From assembly GCA_963662465.1 (NCBI GenBank), contig OY759599.1, positions 6,208,001 through 6,272,000 on the forward strand: 64,000 bases of DNA, in the 5' to 3' direction. Below are positions 41,538 through 50,902 of the stretch, piece after piece. Each line of letters starts with the position of its first letter. Position 1 is the first letter of the stretch. Source of the stretch: Desulfatiglandales bacterium (lineage in GTDB: Bacteria > Desulfobacterota > DSM-4660 > Desulfatiglandales > Desulfatiglandaceae). The notes below the pieces were generated by a model. It was not told where the DNA came from and ran no database searches. It worked only from the letters and a program-made list of their open reading frames with translations. Both the position numbers and the translations under genes were made by a program.

Positions 41538-42737
41538 ATGACCTACAGACTGACGACAATCCTGATGGTTCTGCTCATTTTCCTCGCCTCCTGTATTGTG
41601 CCCGAAGACCCGGCCAGGGAACGGGAGGAACGGGCAAAACAGGTCCGAGGGGATATCCTTGTGGGCGCCGTGGCGCCCTGGTCCGCCATCGACGTCCTCC
41701 TGTGGGAAGGCATCGCCATGGCCGTTGATGAAATCAACCATTCGGGGGGTCTTTCGGGCCGGAAAATCCGGGTCCTCAAGCGGGATGATGAAAGCACCGT
41801 CAAAAAGGGGATCCTGATTGCACAGGAATTTGGAGAAAACCCCGATCTGGCGGCGGTGGTGGGACATTATGAATCGTTCATTACCCTGCCGGCTTCCGTT
41901 GTTTATCAGTATTACGGTATCCTGATGCTCTCCAGCGTGGATACCAACCCCGGTCTCACGCGGCAGGGGTTCCCCCTGGTCTTCCGGACCGTCCCCAACG
42001 ACATCGAGTATGGAAAAAGACTGGCCGATTTCTGCCGCCAAAAAGGGTATAATCAGTTGCTGGTGATGCTTCAGCGGAGCGAGTACGGCAGGGATTTTTC
42101 AGACGCTTTTGCCACGGTGGCCCAGAGTGCGGCGCTCAACATTTTAGACGGCGCCTCATACGATCGGATGACCAGCGAGAAGGAACTTCAAGGAATCCTA
42201 AAGCTCTGGAAGGAGCGCTATACATTTGATGCCATCCTTCTCTCCGGCGAACTGCCCCGGTCCGCCGCCATCATTCGTGAAGCACGGCTCATGGGGATCC
42301 AACAACCGATCATCGGCGGCATCGCCATGGACCAGAAACGGATTTTGACCCTGGTGGGGAAAGAGACGAAAGACGTGTTTCTCCCCACCAATTTTTATCC
42401 CCATTCAAAATCGACTGAAGTTGAGCGGTTTGTGAAGAACTTTCAAAAACGATACGGCCGTATGCCCGATGTCATGGCGGCCCAGGGGTATGACACGATT
42501 CACGCCCTGGCGTATGCCATCAAAAAGGCCGGATCCACCGTACCGTCTGAAATGGCCAAGGCCCTCCGGTCGGCGGATAATCTGCGAGGCGCCACTGGAA
42601 ACCTGCGGTTTTCAAAGGATGGGGACCGCGTCATGGACAAGATTTTCATCAAGATGATGGAAAACGGGCAATTCGTCTACCTCAACCCTCAATCAGAGGA
42701 AGAAGGGCGGATGTCGAATGCAGTGAAAGGGAAATGA
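41538..42737 (+). CDS. LivK-like (type 1 periplasmic binding) lipoprotein
   Basis: Lipobox LASC; AVDEIN..GG..GR, FRTVPND and AAQGYD motifs. Confidence 0.85.
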   Translation: MTYRLTTILMVLLIFLASCIVPEDPAREREERAKQVRGDILVGAVAPWSAIDVLLWEGIAMAVDEINHSGGLSGRKIRVLKRDDESTVKKGILIAQEFGENPDLAAVVGHYESFITLPASVVYQYYGILMLSSVDTNPGLTRQGFPLVFRTVPNDIEYGKRLADFCRQKGYNQLLVMLQRSEYGRDFSDAFATVAQSAALNILDGASYDRMTSEKELQGILKLWKERYTFDAILLSGELPRSAAIIREARLMGIQQPIIGGIAMDQKRILTLVGKETKDVFLPTNFYPHSKSTEVERFVKNFQKRYGRMPDVMAAQGYDTIHALAYAIKKAGSTVPSEMAKALRSADNLRGATGNLRFSKDGDRVMDKIFIKMMENGQFVYLNPQSEEEGRMSNAVKGK

Positions 42738-42756
42738 GGAGCCCTCAGGGGCTCCT
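42737..42756. terminator. Hairpin between convergent operons
   Basis: AGGAGCCC-TCAG-GGGCTCCT; the T-tract is weak. Confidence 0.45.
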
Positions 42757-42849
42757 TCAAAAATGAATTCCGGAGAATTGATGCTCAAATTTGGATCAGA
42801 CTCTATCAAAAAATCAACCACCACCCGGAAGACATCGACCCGTGCCGGC

Positions 42850-43179
42850 TCAGAAATTGTATCCTCCGGGTCCATATCCTTCAAGCGCATCTTTCTCGAC
42901 GGGCACGGTACAATCCCCCGGCACATAAACTCCCCCTGCCACAGCGTCCAATTCTATTCCGGAAAGTTCCCCATCCAAGGGAGGCAGGGAGGGCAATACC
43001 ACATGAATCACCTTCTCGGTGTTTTCCAGGAATCTTATCTCTACGCCTTCGGGAACGTCAATGCCCGCTTCCTTGAGCACGCCGGCGCTGTCCGTCAGAA
43101 GCTTTTCTTTAAATGCTTTGTCGGACCAGGCTTTTTCCACCAGCCTGCCGAACGCTTTTGACGCTTCTTTTTTTTTCAT
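42850..43179 (-). CDS. NHLP-leader RiPP precursor (core VYVPGDCTVPVEKDALEGYGPGGYNF)
   Basis: KAWSD.AFK..LL.D...ELS..ELDAVAGG double-glycine leader; AAGGAG RBS. Confidence 0.9.
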   Translation of the reverse strand: MKKKEASKAFGRLVEKAWSDKAFKEKLLTDSAGVLKEAGIDVPEGVEIRFLENTEKVIHVVLPSLPPLDGELSGIELDAVAGGVYVPGDCTVPVEKDALEGYGPGGYNF

Positions 43180-43341
43180 AGCGTTTCTCCTTTTATGATT
43201 GGTGTGAAGGGGTTACTTCATGGGCTTGAGCAATGTTATAAAAGTACGGTTTCCCGTTGCGGTCCCTTTGGCTTTCCGGGCCACCACCTGGCGCCATTAC
43301 CGAAAGTTGTCCCCTAAAGGGCTTGCCCAATTCTTTTTTAA

Positions 43342-43608
43342 TTATGCCTCCATCCGTCCGCCGTGACAGCCTCTGCATCCCAGGTCTTCCACCAGATCAT
43401 CGCATCCCGCTCCCACAACATTCGCCATATCATCTTCGCTTAATTCACCGCGCGCGTTCCTCATTTCTTCAGCCGTAAATTGAAATTCTTCAGCTTTGGC
43501 GATGTTCAGACGGTCCTCCCCCGACAAGTTTTTATCCGACAATTTCGTCCTCAAATCCTCGTCGTTTTTGACTTTTTCCAAGAATGCTTTTGCACTTTCA
43601 ATGGTCAT
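43342..43608 (-). CDS. Nif11-leader RiPP precursor (core approx. GCDDLVEDLGCRGCHGGRMEA)
   Basis: MTIESAKAFLEKVKND...FQFTAEE...ELSEDDMANVVGAG; AAGGAG RBS. Confidence 0.9.
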   Translation of the reverse strand: MTIESAKAFLEKVKNDEDLRTKLSDKNLSGEDRLNIAKAEEFQFTAEEMRNARGELSEDDMANVVGAGCDDLVEDLGCRGCHGGRMEA

Positions 43609-43745
43609 GGGCTTCTCTCCTTTCCCTTAATAGGGCAATTTTCGGGTTAAGATATTCAGTGTTTTATAAATGCAACAATACTTACCTTTTTTACTATTTA
43701 GCGTTATTTGTGAAAGATGCAAGTTTCCGGCAAAAGAGTTTTCTT

Positions 43746-45143
43746 TCATCCAAAATCAAGGGGACAGGGCTTGGGCGGGACAATGTCTTCTCCCTGCAAA
43801 AAGTCCCGGTCCGCTTCATCCAGTCTACTACTTAAGTAGGCGCTGAGCTCAAACTCCCGGCAGCGCAAGCGGCACATTTCCTCCGGGGGCTTAAATATGG
43901 AGCCTGTGGCGGCCGCATTGTCATACCTGCAACCGCCCGCACAATAGTATCTGGCATGGCATTCGCCGCATTCCCGCACAAATTTCATGGGGCTTTTCAA
44001 GTATTCATCCCGGTCTATGCTGTTGTCAAAGATATTTCCCAGCTTGTATGCTTCCATTCCCACAAACCGGTGGCACAGATAAACATCTCCCGCACTGGAG
44101 ATCGCCGTAAGGCCCAGCCCGGCGCCGCAGGGAAAGAATCTTTTGCGCTTATGGGAAAAGCTAAGCAACCCATGGTAGAGCTCGGAACTGTTTTTGAGTT
44201 GCCTTAAGGCCTGGGTATCCCTGCCCTCGATCCCCTTAAGCCACGCGTCAGCCTCCTGTTCCAGGAGGTCAAGCGTATTTTGCAGATTCCTGTCCGATGC
44301 GGGCTTTTTGCGGTCGCAGGTCAGCATGCAATCCGAAGCCGGGGTTATTGAGATCTTGGTAAACCCGATGTCCTTTAGGGCCGCTTTTACTTTTTGCGGA
44401 TCGGCGCCCTCCATGAGGACCGCATGGCCCGGGGTTTCCGGGCGGACCGCCAGCAGATTTTTGATTTTGGGAACTATGGCATTATATGAGCCCTTGCCGC
44501 CGATAAAGGGTCGCTGAATATCCTGTATCTCCCTGGGACCATCGAAACTGATCATGACCTCGATATCCTCATCCTGAATGAAATTAATCTGTTTTTCATC
44601 CAGCAGGGTCCCATTGGTAGTGGCGTGAAAATCCACCTTTTTATGGACTTCATGGGTCCTGTTCCGGGCATAGTCCACGATCTTTTGCATCAGGGGAAAA
44701 TTCAAAAACGGTTCCCCGCCAAAGAATCCTATATGGATCTTCTTGGCCTTCCCGGATTGTTCAATGAGCCAGTCCACCGCCTGATAAGCGGTCTCTTCTT
44801 CCATATTGCCCCTGTGGCCATACTCCCCACCTTCACCGTAACAGTAGACGCAGCGCAGATTGCAGGACTGGGTGAGGAAAAAGGCTGCATTGACAATGGG
44901 TACGGGATCGATCGGTTCTTTTCGGGCTGCTTTTTTATCTTTTTGGGAAATCAAGCCCAGTGTTTGGAGCGGTTTAATGTTGAGTGATCTCCAAAAAGAA
45001 TCACCGTTATCCGTAACTTGCCGTAGAAGTTCGGCGGTTTTTTCATCTATGGGACGGGTTTCCATCTCTTCAATATTGATCACATACCGGTGATCTTGAT
45101 GGTCGCCCACATAAAAGGGCTTTAGTCGCATCTCTTTGTCCAT
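43746..45143 (-). CDS. Radical SAM/SPASM peptide maturase 1
   Basis: CNLRCVYC, GGEP, and SPASM CGAG...YLC...CGECHARYYCAGGC...C. Start trimmed to MDKEM because the longer ORF overlaps the NHLP gene. Confidence 0.9.
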   Translation of the reverse strand: MDKEMRLKPFYVGDHQDHRYVINIEEMETRPIDEKTAELLRQVTDNGDSFWRSLNIKPLQTLGLISQKDKKAARKEPIDPVPIVNAAFFLTQSCNLRCVYCYGEGGEYGHRGNMEEETAYQAVDWLIEQSGKAKKIHIGFFGGEPFLNFPLMQKIVDYARNRTHEVHKKVDFHATTNGTLLDEKQINFIQDEDIEVMISFDGPREIQDIQRPFIGGKGSYNAIVPKIKNLLAVRPETPGHAVLMEGADPQKVKAALKDIGFTKISITPASDCMLTCDRKKPASDRNLQNTLDLLEQEADAWLKGIEGRDTQALRQLKNSSELYHGLLSFSHKRKRFFPCGAGLGLTAISSAGDVYLCHRFVGMEAYKLGNIFDNSIDRDEYLKSPMKFVRECGECHARYYCAGGCRYDNAAATGSIFKPPEEMCRLRCREFELSAYLSSRLDEADRDFLQGEDIVPPKPCPLDFG

Positions 45144-45204
45144 ATTATCATTCCCCGAATAGATGAGTGGATGCCGGAGGACGGAAGACATCGACCGTAC
45201 CGGC

Positions 45205-45534
45205 TCAGAAATTATATCCTCCGGGTCCATATCCTTCAAGCGCATCTCTCTCGACGGGCACGGCACAATCCCCCGGCACATCAACTCCCCCTGCCACAGC
45301 ATCCAATTCTATTCCGGAAAGTTCCCTATCCAAGGGAGGCAGGGAGGGCAATACCACATGAATTACCTTCTCTGTGTTTTCCAGGAATCTTATTTCCACG
45401 CCTTCGGGAACGTCAATGCCCGCTTCCTTGAGCACGCCGGCGCTGTCCGTCAGAAGCTTTTCTTTAAATGCTTTGTCGGACCAGGCTTTTTCCACCAGTC
45501 TGCCGAACGCTTTTGACGCTTCTTTTTTTTTCAT
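45205..45534 (-). CDS. NHLP-leader RiPP precursor, paralog (core VDVPGDCAVPVERDALEGYGPGGYNF)
   Basis: 105/109 aa identical to 42850-43179. Confidence 0.9.
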   Translation of the reverse strand: MKKKEASKAFGRLVEKAWSDKAFKEKLLTDSAGVLKEAGIDVPEGVEIRFLENTEKVIHVVLPSLPPLDRELSGIELDAVAGGVDVPGDCAVPVERDALEGYGPGGYNF

Positions 45535-45572
45535 AGCGTTTCTCCTTTTATGATTGGTGTGAAGGGTTTACT

Positions 45573-47036
45573 TCATGGGCTTGTGCCCGGTCCGTAAAAC
45601 TTTCTTTGATTTTCCTGTAAAAAAGCAATGTCCGGCGCCTCGAGCCGGTGAAAGATGCAGACGGCCTTTTCAATGGCATATTTAACCCGGTCGCAATAAT
45701 CGTCCACGGGATGGAAAAGATCGCCGTTGGCCGCGCGGTTCACGTAGATACAGCCGCCGCCGCAGAAATGGGCGGCCCAGCATCGGGCGCATTTTTCCAA
45801 TCGCGTGACCATGGCCCTGAGATACGGTTTCCTGTCCGCCACTGTTTCAAACACGCTCCCCATTTTCATTCCGGGGTCTCCGGTGAACAGCGGACAGGGG
45901 AAAAGGTCTCCAGTAACCGACACCCCCAGATACCCTCTGCCGGCGCCGCATCCATACAGGCGTTTTTGTTTTGACATCAAAGCGTAAACATATGTTAGCA
46001 GCATTTTGGAACCGTGCTTGGGGACGCTTCGGTCCCTGATGGCCTCTAAGGTGATATCGGCTTCATGATCCAGAAAGTCAGAAATGTGCTGCCTCTCTTT
46101 CGCTCCTTGGTTTTGCGGCGCCCAGTTGCCGTAAAGGGATGGCATAGCTGGGGTCAGGGTATAGGATGTAAAACCCGTCGACACAATGGCCTCTTTTATT
46201 TGGGGTAGGTCTTTCGCCCTTTTGATGGTCGCCCTGCAGCGGGCCCCGGGGATTTTTGCCAGCAGTTTTTCAACATTTTTCGCAACCGTTTTATAGGACC
46301 CGCGGCCGTTCTTAAAGGGCCGGTTTTCATTCTGGATATGCTCCGGACCGTCAAAACTGACCAGGGGGGTAATGCCATGGGCCTTTAAAAATGCGATCTT
46401 TTCTTCGTCCAGCAATGTGGCATTGGTAGTCATTCCGTATTTCACCTTTTTTCCCAAGGCCTTTCCCTTTTTGTCGGCATGGGCCACCACATGCCGGATC
46501 AACGGAAAATTCATCAGGGGTTCGCCGCCGCCAAAGAGGATACCCACCGACTTTTTTTGGCCGGATTGTGCCATGAGCCAGTCGACGGCCCGTGTCGCGG
46601 TCGCCTCGTCCATTTTCCCTTCACTGCCGCATTCCCCGGTGTTTCCGTAGCAGTAAACACAGCTGAGGTTGCACTGCCGGGTGACATTCATGGTCAGGGT
46701 GACCACGGGTTCCCCGGTGAGTATTTTAATGAGATCATTCATCCCGGGGCTCTTTTCCCCGGGCGGATGGGATAAGGCATCTTCCTTCGGGGCGCCGTCA
46801 ACCAGGCCCATGTTCTCTAGTTTTTCCATGACGGAGGAAGGGACCGGCATGCCTTTATTGAAGCGGATTCGATCCAATGTATCGGCCATCCGGTCGTCAA
46901 TGATCGCACTGGTCATGGCAATTGCGTTCAAAAGATATGAAGTGCCTTCATGTCGGAACAGGTGAAAGGGCGTAAGGGAAACGTTACAAAAGTACGTTTT
47001 TCCGTTGCAATGTATTTCAATATGTTGTGGCAGCAT
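45573..47036 (-). CDS. Radical SAM/SPASM peptide maturase 2
   Basis: CNLSCVYC, GGEP, and SPASM CGAG...FPC...CARCWAAHFCGGGC...C; N-terminal extension of about 100 aa. Confidence 0.9.
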   Translation of the reverse strand: MLPQHIEIHCNGKTYFCNVSLTPFHLFRHEGTSYLLNAIAMTSAIIDDRMADTLDRIRFNKGMPVPSSVMEKLENMGLVDGAPKEDALSHPPGEKSPGMNDLIKILTGEPVVTLTMNVTRQCNLSCVYCYGNTGECGSEGKMDEATATRAVDWLMAQSGQKKSVGILFGGGEPLMNFPLIRHVVAHADKKGKALGKKVKYGMTTNATLLDEEKIAFLKAHGITPLVSFDGPEHIQNENRPFKNGRGSYKTVAKNVEKLLAKIPGARCRATIKRAKDLPQIKEAIVSTGFTSYTLTPAMPSLYGNWAPQNQGAKERQHISDFLDHEADITLEAIRDRSVPKHGSKMLLTYVYALMSKQKRLYGCGAGRGYLGVSVTGDLFPCPLFTGDPGMKMGSVFETVADRKPYLRAMVTRLEKCARCWAAHFCGGGCIYVNRAANGDLFHPVDDYCDRVKYAIEKAVCIFHRLEAPDIAFLQENQRKFYGPGTSP

Positions 47037-47751
47037 GGGTTGCGGCTCCGTTGACTCCACGCACAAGACCGAAAGCCCTCGCGATGGGCTTTGGTCGCTT
47101 TATGACTTGACCGGAATGGCAAACCGATGCTTATGGGAGCCTTCGTGCTGTCGTTCACCCAGACAACGGCGTCCCAGGTAGCCTTCCGGGGTTTTTGTGA
47201 TCTCAGTGTGAGCGGTGAATTTATAGGTTCCGTCACCTTTTTCATCGACGCTGTAGGTCTCGGGGTATCCGTCAGTATTAGCAGAAGGCCGAAGACAGGC
47301 TTTCCTCAGAATCGTCTTTGGTTTTCATCGGAGGATCGGTTTGGCTTCCGGTTTAAATCTGAAACCCGCGATCAAGTTTTTGAAGACGCAGGCAGGACTT
47401 CAGCGGAGAAAGTGAGTTTGCGACAGACTAACAATGTCCACCAGGAGGGGCAAATGATAATTTGAGGATTTTAAGCATCTGAAAACTCCTAAATAGAGAT
47501 TAAGATTTTATTAAAAAAACGAACAATTTTTAATAGAGCAAAATAAAACACACCGTGTCAAGGAAAAAAGGGTCTTCACGAGGGTTCAACGGTCCATGGG
47601 TATAGGTTGAAAAGCTCTTATATCCTTTTTTACAATAAAAGGGAAAATCCGTGCATAGCCAGCAATTCTAATTTTGACCTGAAACAAATTTTCGAGATTG
47701 GTCCTAACTTCGCCCACTCGCACCTCGCGACTGAATTGGCAAGCCTCTGAT

Positions 47752-47811
47752 GCAGCGCAGATTGCAGGACTGGGTGAGAAAAAAAGCGGCATTGACAATG
47801 GGGACGGGATC
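47752..47811 (-). pseudogene. 60-bp remnant of a maturase-1 paralog (DPVPIVNAAFFLTQSCNLRC)
   Basis: Matches 44850-44909 with four synonymous differences. Confidence 0.75.
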
Positions 47812-48049
47812 CTTTCGAGGGACTCTTTTCTAATGGAAAATTGGCATAAAAATAAAATCAGCCGGCAATTAAGATTTGAGTATTCAAAAATAAATGGTAT
47901 GTTTTTATTTGAGCAGTGGGTAAAACAGGTTCCAGTTCAGGTGGAACATTGATCGCCATTTCAAAACGCTTCATGCGGTGGAAGTGAGACCTGTGGTTCT
48001 TCTTAAGAATCGCCGGTGAAAAACGGGATTGTGAAACGAGGATTAACAC

Positions 48050-48592
48050 ATGAGAAAAGTGCTCTACATTCTGGGTGGATTGGACGACAACGACGTGGAG
48101 TGGTTGATCGCAAGAGGAGAGCGACGGCGGTTGCCTTCAGGCGAGGTGCTCATTTCCGAGGGGGATATGATTGAGGCCCTTTATATTTTGCTGGAGGGGG
48201 AGTTGGCGGCTTCGGTAAAAACCCATGAGGGTGCCCGTGAGTTGGGCCGCATGGCGGTGGGCGACATGGTGGGGGAGATTTCCTTGGTGGACGACCGGCC
48301 CGCATCCGCAACCGTCACCGTGGTGCGGGACGCGTATGTATTGGCTATCCCCCGCTCGGCGCTGCTGCAAAAACTGGAAATCGAAGTGGGGTTCGCGGCA
48401 AGGTTCTATCACGCTGTGGCCCAGTTGCTCTCCTACCGCCTGCGGGATAACACGGCTCTGATCGCAGGCGAAGGCGGGCCGCCGGTCCCCGAGCTGGAGA
48501 AGGACGAGGACCTTCTCGGCCTGGATGTGTTGGACAATGTGCATATGGCGGGTCAGCGTTTTTCCCGCATCATGCGGCGGTTGGCCGGTTAG
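48050..48592 (+). CDS. Cyclic nucleotide-binding domain protein (type associated with NHLM transporters)
   Basis: MRKVLYILGGLDD..VEWL, and GDMVGEISLVDDRPASATV. Confidence 0.8.
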   Translation: MRKVLYILGGLDDNDVEWLIARGERRRLPSGEVLISEGDMIEALYILLEGELAASVKTHEGARELGRMAVGDMVGEISLVDDRPASATVTVVRDAYVLAIPRSALLQKLEIEVGFAARFYHAVAQLLSYRLRDNTALIAGEGGPPVPELEKDEDLLGLDVLDNVHMAGQRFSRIMRRLAG

Positions 48593-48630
48593 GTCAGAGA
48601 AGATTGCTATCAAATGCGGATGAAAAATCT

Positions 48631-48785
48631 GGTTCATCGCGGATTAACGTGAAATCGCGCTTTGAGATTGTTTCGGTTCGGGCTGTAGGTGCGACTTCAG
48701 TCGCACAGGGTCGGCTTAATGTGCGACTGAAGTCGCACCTACAATCGGCTCAGAAGCCAAATCTCACGCGAATCCACGATGAGCC
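48631..48785. mobile_element. MITE-like element containing a GTAG REP doublet
   Basis: Imperfect TIRs GGTTCATCGCGGATTAACGTGA / TCACGCGAATCCACGATGAGCC, with ATCT on both sides and an inner inverted pair at 48684-48743. Confidence 0.6.
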
Positions 48786-48954
48786 ATCTTGGCTCAATGC
48801 GGATTAACGTGAAAAAATGTTTCGCCACCAAGAAAAACCTCAGTGCATTCGTCATAAAGAGTCGTATGTATTCGGAACCCGACGATCCCATGGTTATTTT
48901 TCCCACGTGGTAGGTCAGGGTGCGGCGCGTCCCGTTTTTTCCTCTGACCCTGTG

Positions 48955-49389
48955 GTTGAAACCAAGGGAGACAACGAGCAGCGATATCGGTGGAAGCTGA
49001 TCCTCATTAAAAGACTCTACCGCCAGGGATACGCTAAAGCAGATGTGATCAGGCTGTTTGCATTTATAGATTGGGTCATGTCCCTGCCCGCGGATATGGA
49101 AAAAGGCCTTTGGACGGAAATCCAAAAGTTCGAGGAGGAAACGAAAATGGAATATGTTACCAGCGTGGAAAGAATCGGTATAGAGAAAGGCATGGAGAAA
49201 GGCAGCCTGAATCTTCTGTGCCGTCTCATTGCGAAGCGGTTTAAAACCGGTTCCGAATCGCTTCCGCCGATCTTCACGGGTTTGCGTGCGGAAGATATCG
49301 AAGATCTTGGAGAGCGTTTCCTGGATGCCGAGAGCGTGGATGAGATTCGTCGATGGGCGGAAGAGAAACGCAGGGCGAGGATGCAGTAG
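48955..49389 (+). pseudogene. Rpn/YhgA-like family A copy A1, 5'-truncated; intact internal ORF 49147-49389
   Basis: Near-identical to the 3' part of 56656-57654; GAGGAGG RBS before MEYVTSVERIG. Confidence 0.8.
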
Positions 49390-49713
49390 AGCAGGGACTC
49401 AGCCCATGGATATCTGGGTGGCGCTTTATAAAAAACATCAACGGACGCGGAGCGTCCACCCGGTTGTAATCCTTATCCCGTTCATCCTGTATATCCATGT
49501 TCATTTTTCCATTGGTTCAAGAAATGGTATGCGTTCACGGGTTCATCGCTTCCTTCGGGATACCATTGTGTCGGAGCTGAAGGTGGAAGGTTCGTAGTGT
49601 GCCCGTAAGGCATGGAGTGGACATGCAACCAAACGTCTCACGGCGTCACTACGAACGTCGCAACAGAGCGCATTAACCCCCGGAAAATCCACTTTCGCTG
49701 CCGAATAACCTTA

Positions 49714-49887
49714 GAGCCTGTTTAAAAATTATCCCTGCTGCGGTCGGCTGCGGCTTCCGATGGCTGCGTCAGCGACAAAAATGGGTCTTCAGCGTAGCTC
49801 GACTACGCTTTCAGCCCCATTTTTATCGCTTCCTTGCCCTCGAAAACCTCGCTCAACCTCGCGACGGGATAATTTTTAAACAGGCTT
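49714..49887. mobile_element. 174-bp MITE with 22-bp TIRs and TTA target duplication (IS5-family-like)
   Basis: GAGCCTGTTTAAAAATTATCCC...GGGATAATTTTTAAACAGGCTT flanked by TTA. An empty site with a single TTA is at about 62525. Confidence 0.85.
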
Positions 49888-49914
49888 TTAGAACCGTGGA
49901 CACTGAACCCGTGA

Positions 49915-50238
49915 ATGGTTACAGAAAAAGATAGAGCAAGATATTATGGTACTTCTAAAAAAAGAAACTGCCCCGAATGCGGAGGAGAAATGCATTCCCG
50001 GCTTATCAATCTTCTATATAAAAAAGAGAAGTGCGAAATTCAGGTTGATGTGATCGGAATACCAGCCAATGTTTGTACGAAATGTTTTTACAGAATTATT
50101 CCGGGCAAAATCGCAAAATATATTGATTCCCTGGTTGATCCGATATTTGAATCTGAAATCGGGCAGCAGGAAAAAATACTTCCTGCTCCACATGTAGGTA
50201 TTTGGTTTCTGCCGGCAGAAAGAGAATTTTATTGCTAA
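49915..50238 (+). CDS. YgiT-type zinc finger protein (MqsA N-terminal-like)
   Basis: CPECGGEM...GIPANVCTKC. The start is uncertain; a frameshift in the A run after the ATG at 49946 is possible. Confidence 0.6.
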   Translation: MVTEKDRARYYGTSKKRNCPECGGEMHSRLINLLYKKEKCEIQVDVIGIPANVCTKCFYRIIPGKIAKYIDSLVDPIFESEIGQQEKILPAPHVGIWFLPAEREFYC

Positions 50239-50329
50239 TTTTCAATACCTCTGGCTATTCGTGTAATTCGAGTGTGGTTTTTGGCGCTCGAAGACATTCC
50301 TCTGCCAGGGTGCAGTACTCCCGGGAGCT

Positions 50330-50869
50330 TCCTTGGCATGCCGATCTTTCGGAATACAGTGATGAAGAGATTAAAGGCGCTGTTGTTTTGAGAGTTGTCT
50401 TTCTCCTTTTGAAGCATATTTTTTCAAGCGATCTTCCGGAAAAATTCCCTGGGATTTTGGGTCTGTTAAAAGACCTTCTGAATAAACGAAACGGTCTTGA
50501 ATATCTTGAGACGGTGTTGCGATATGTTAGCTTCAGGGAGTGATCAAATAGGCAGTGTCGAGATTGAGGAGAGCGTTAGACAGGTTTTTTGAAGGTCAGG
50601 GAGGAGATATTATGCCAACAGCATCTGAACAATGGATCGAGCAGGGAATTGAGCAGGGAATTGAGCAGGGAATGCAGAAGGGGGCTATGAAACTTTTGTC
50701 CCGTCAAATTGTGAGGCGTTTTCAGGTCAGCTCTGATTCTGTTCATCCGATCTTTGCCGGCTTAACCACAGAGCAACTTGAAGAATTGGGGGAGAGGTTT
50801 CTTGAAGCTGAAAGTTTGGATGAAATTCAGGCTTGGGCAGAGGAAAAACGGTTGACAAAAGCGCAATAA
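50330..50869 (+). pseudogene. Rpn/YhgA family C copy C1, frameshifted fragment; intact internal ORF 50612-50869
   Basis: DLSEYSDEEI...LLLKHIF...LRYV, then frameshifts; GGAGGA RBS before MPTASEQWIEQGIEQG. Confidence 0.75.
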
Positions 50870-50877
50870 ATTGCCCT

Positions 50878-50902
50878 CGTTCCTACGCTCCGGCGTAGGA
50901 AC
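50878..50902. repeat. REP-like palindrome; empty group II intron target site
   Basis: CGTTCCTACGC-TCCG-GCGTAGGAAC. The paralogous position at 63190/63191 is occupied by an intron. Confidence 0.75.

Noticed and set aside
43718..43734. Sigma-54-like site upstream of the Nif11 precursor (TTTGCCGGAAACTTGCA, minus strand)
   Set aside because: It lacks the near-invariant GG at -24.
45144..45302. N-terminal extension of rSAM1 given in the ORF track
   Set aside because: It overlaps the NHLP gene in another frame, and a plausible RBS precedes the ATG at 45143.
46928..47465. Additional precursor or small gene upstream of rSAM2
   Set aside because: The short ORFs on both strands lack leader motifs or a convincing RBS.
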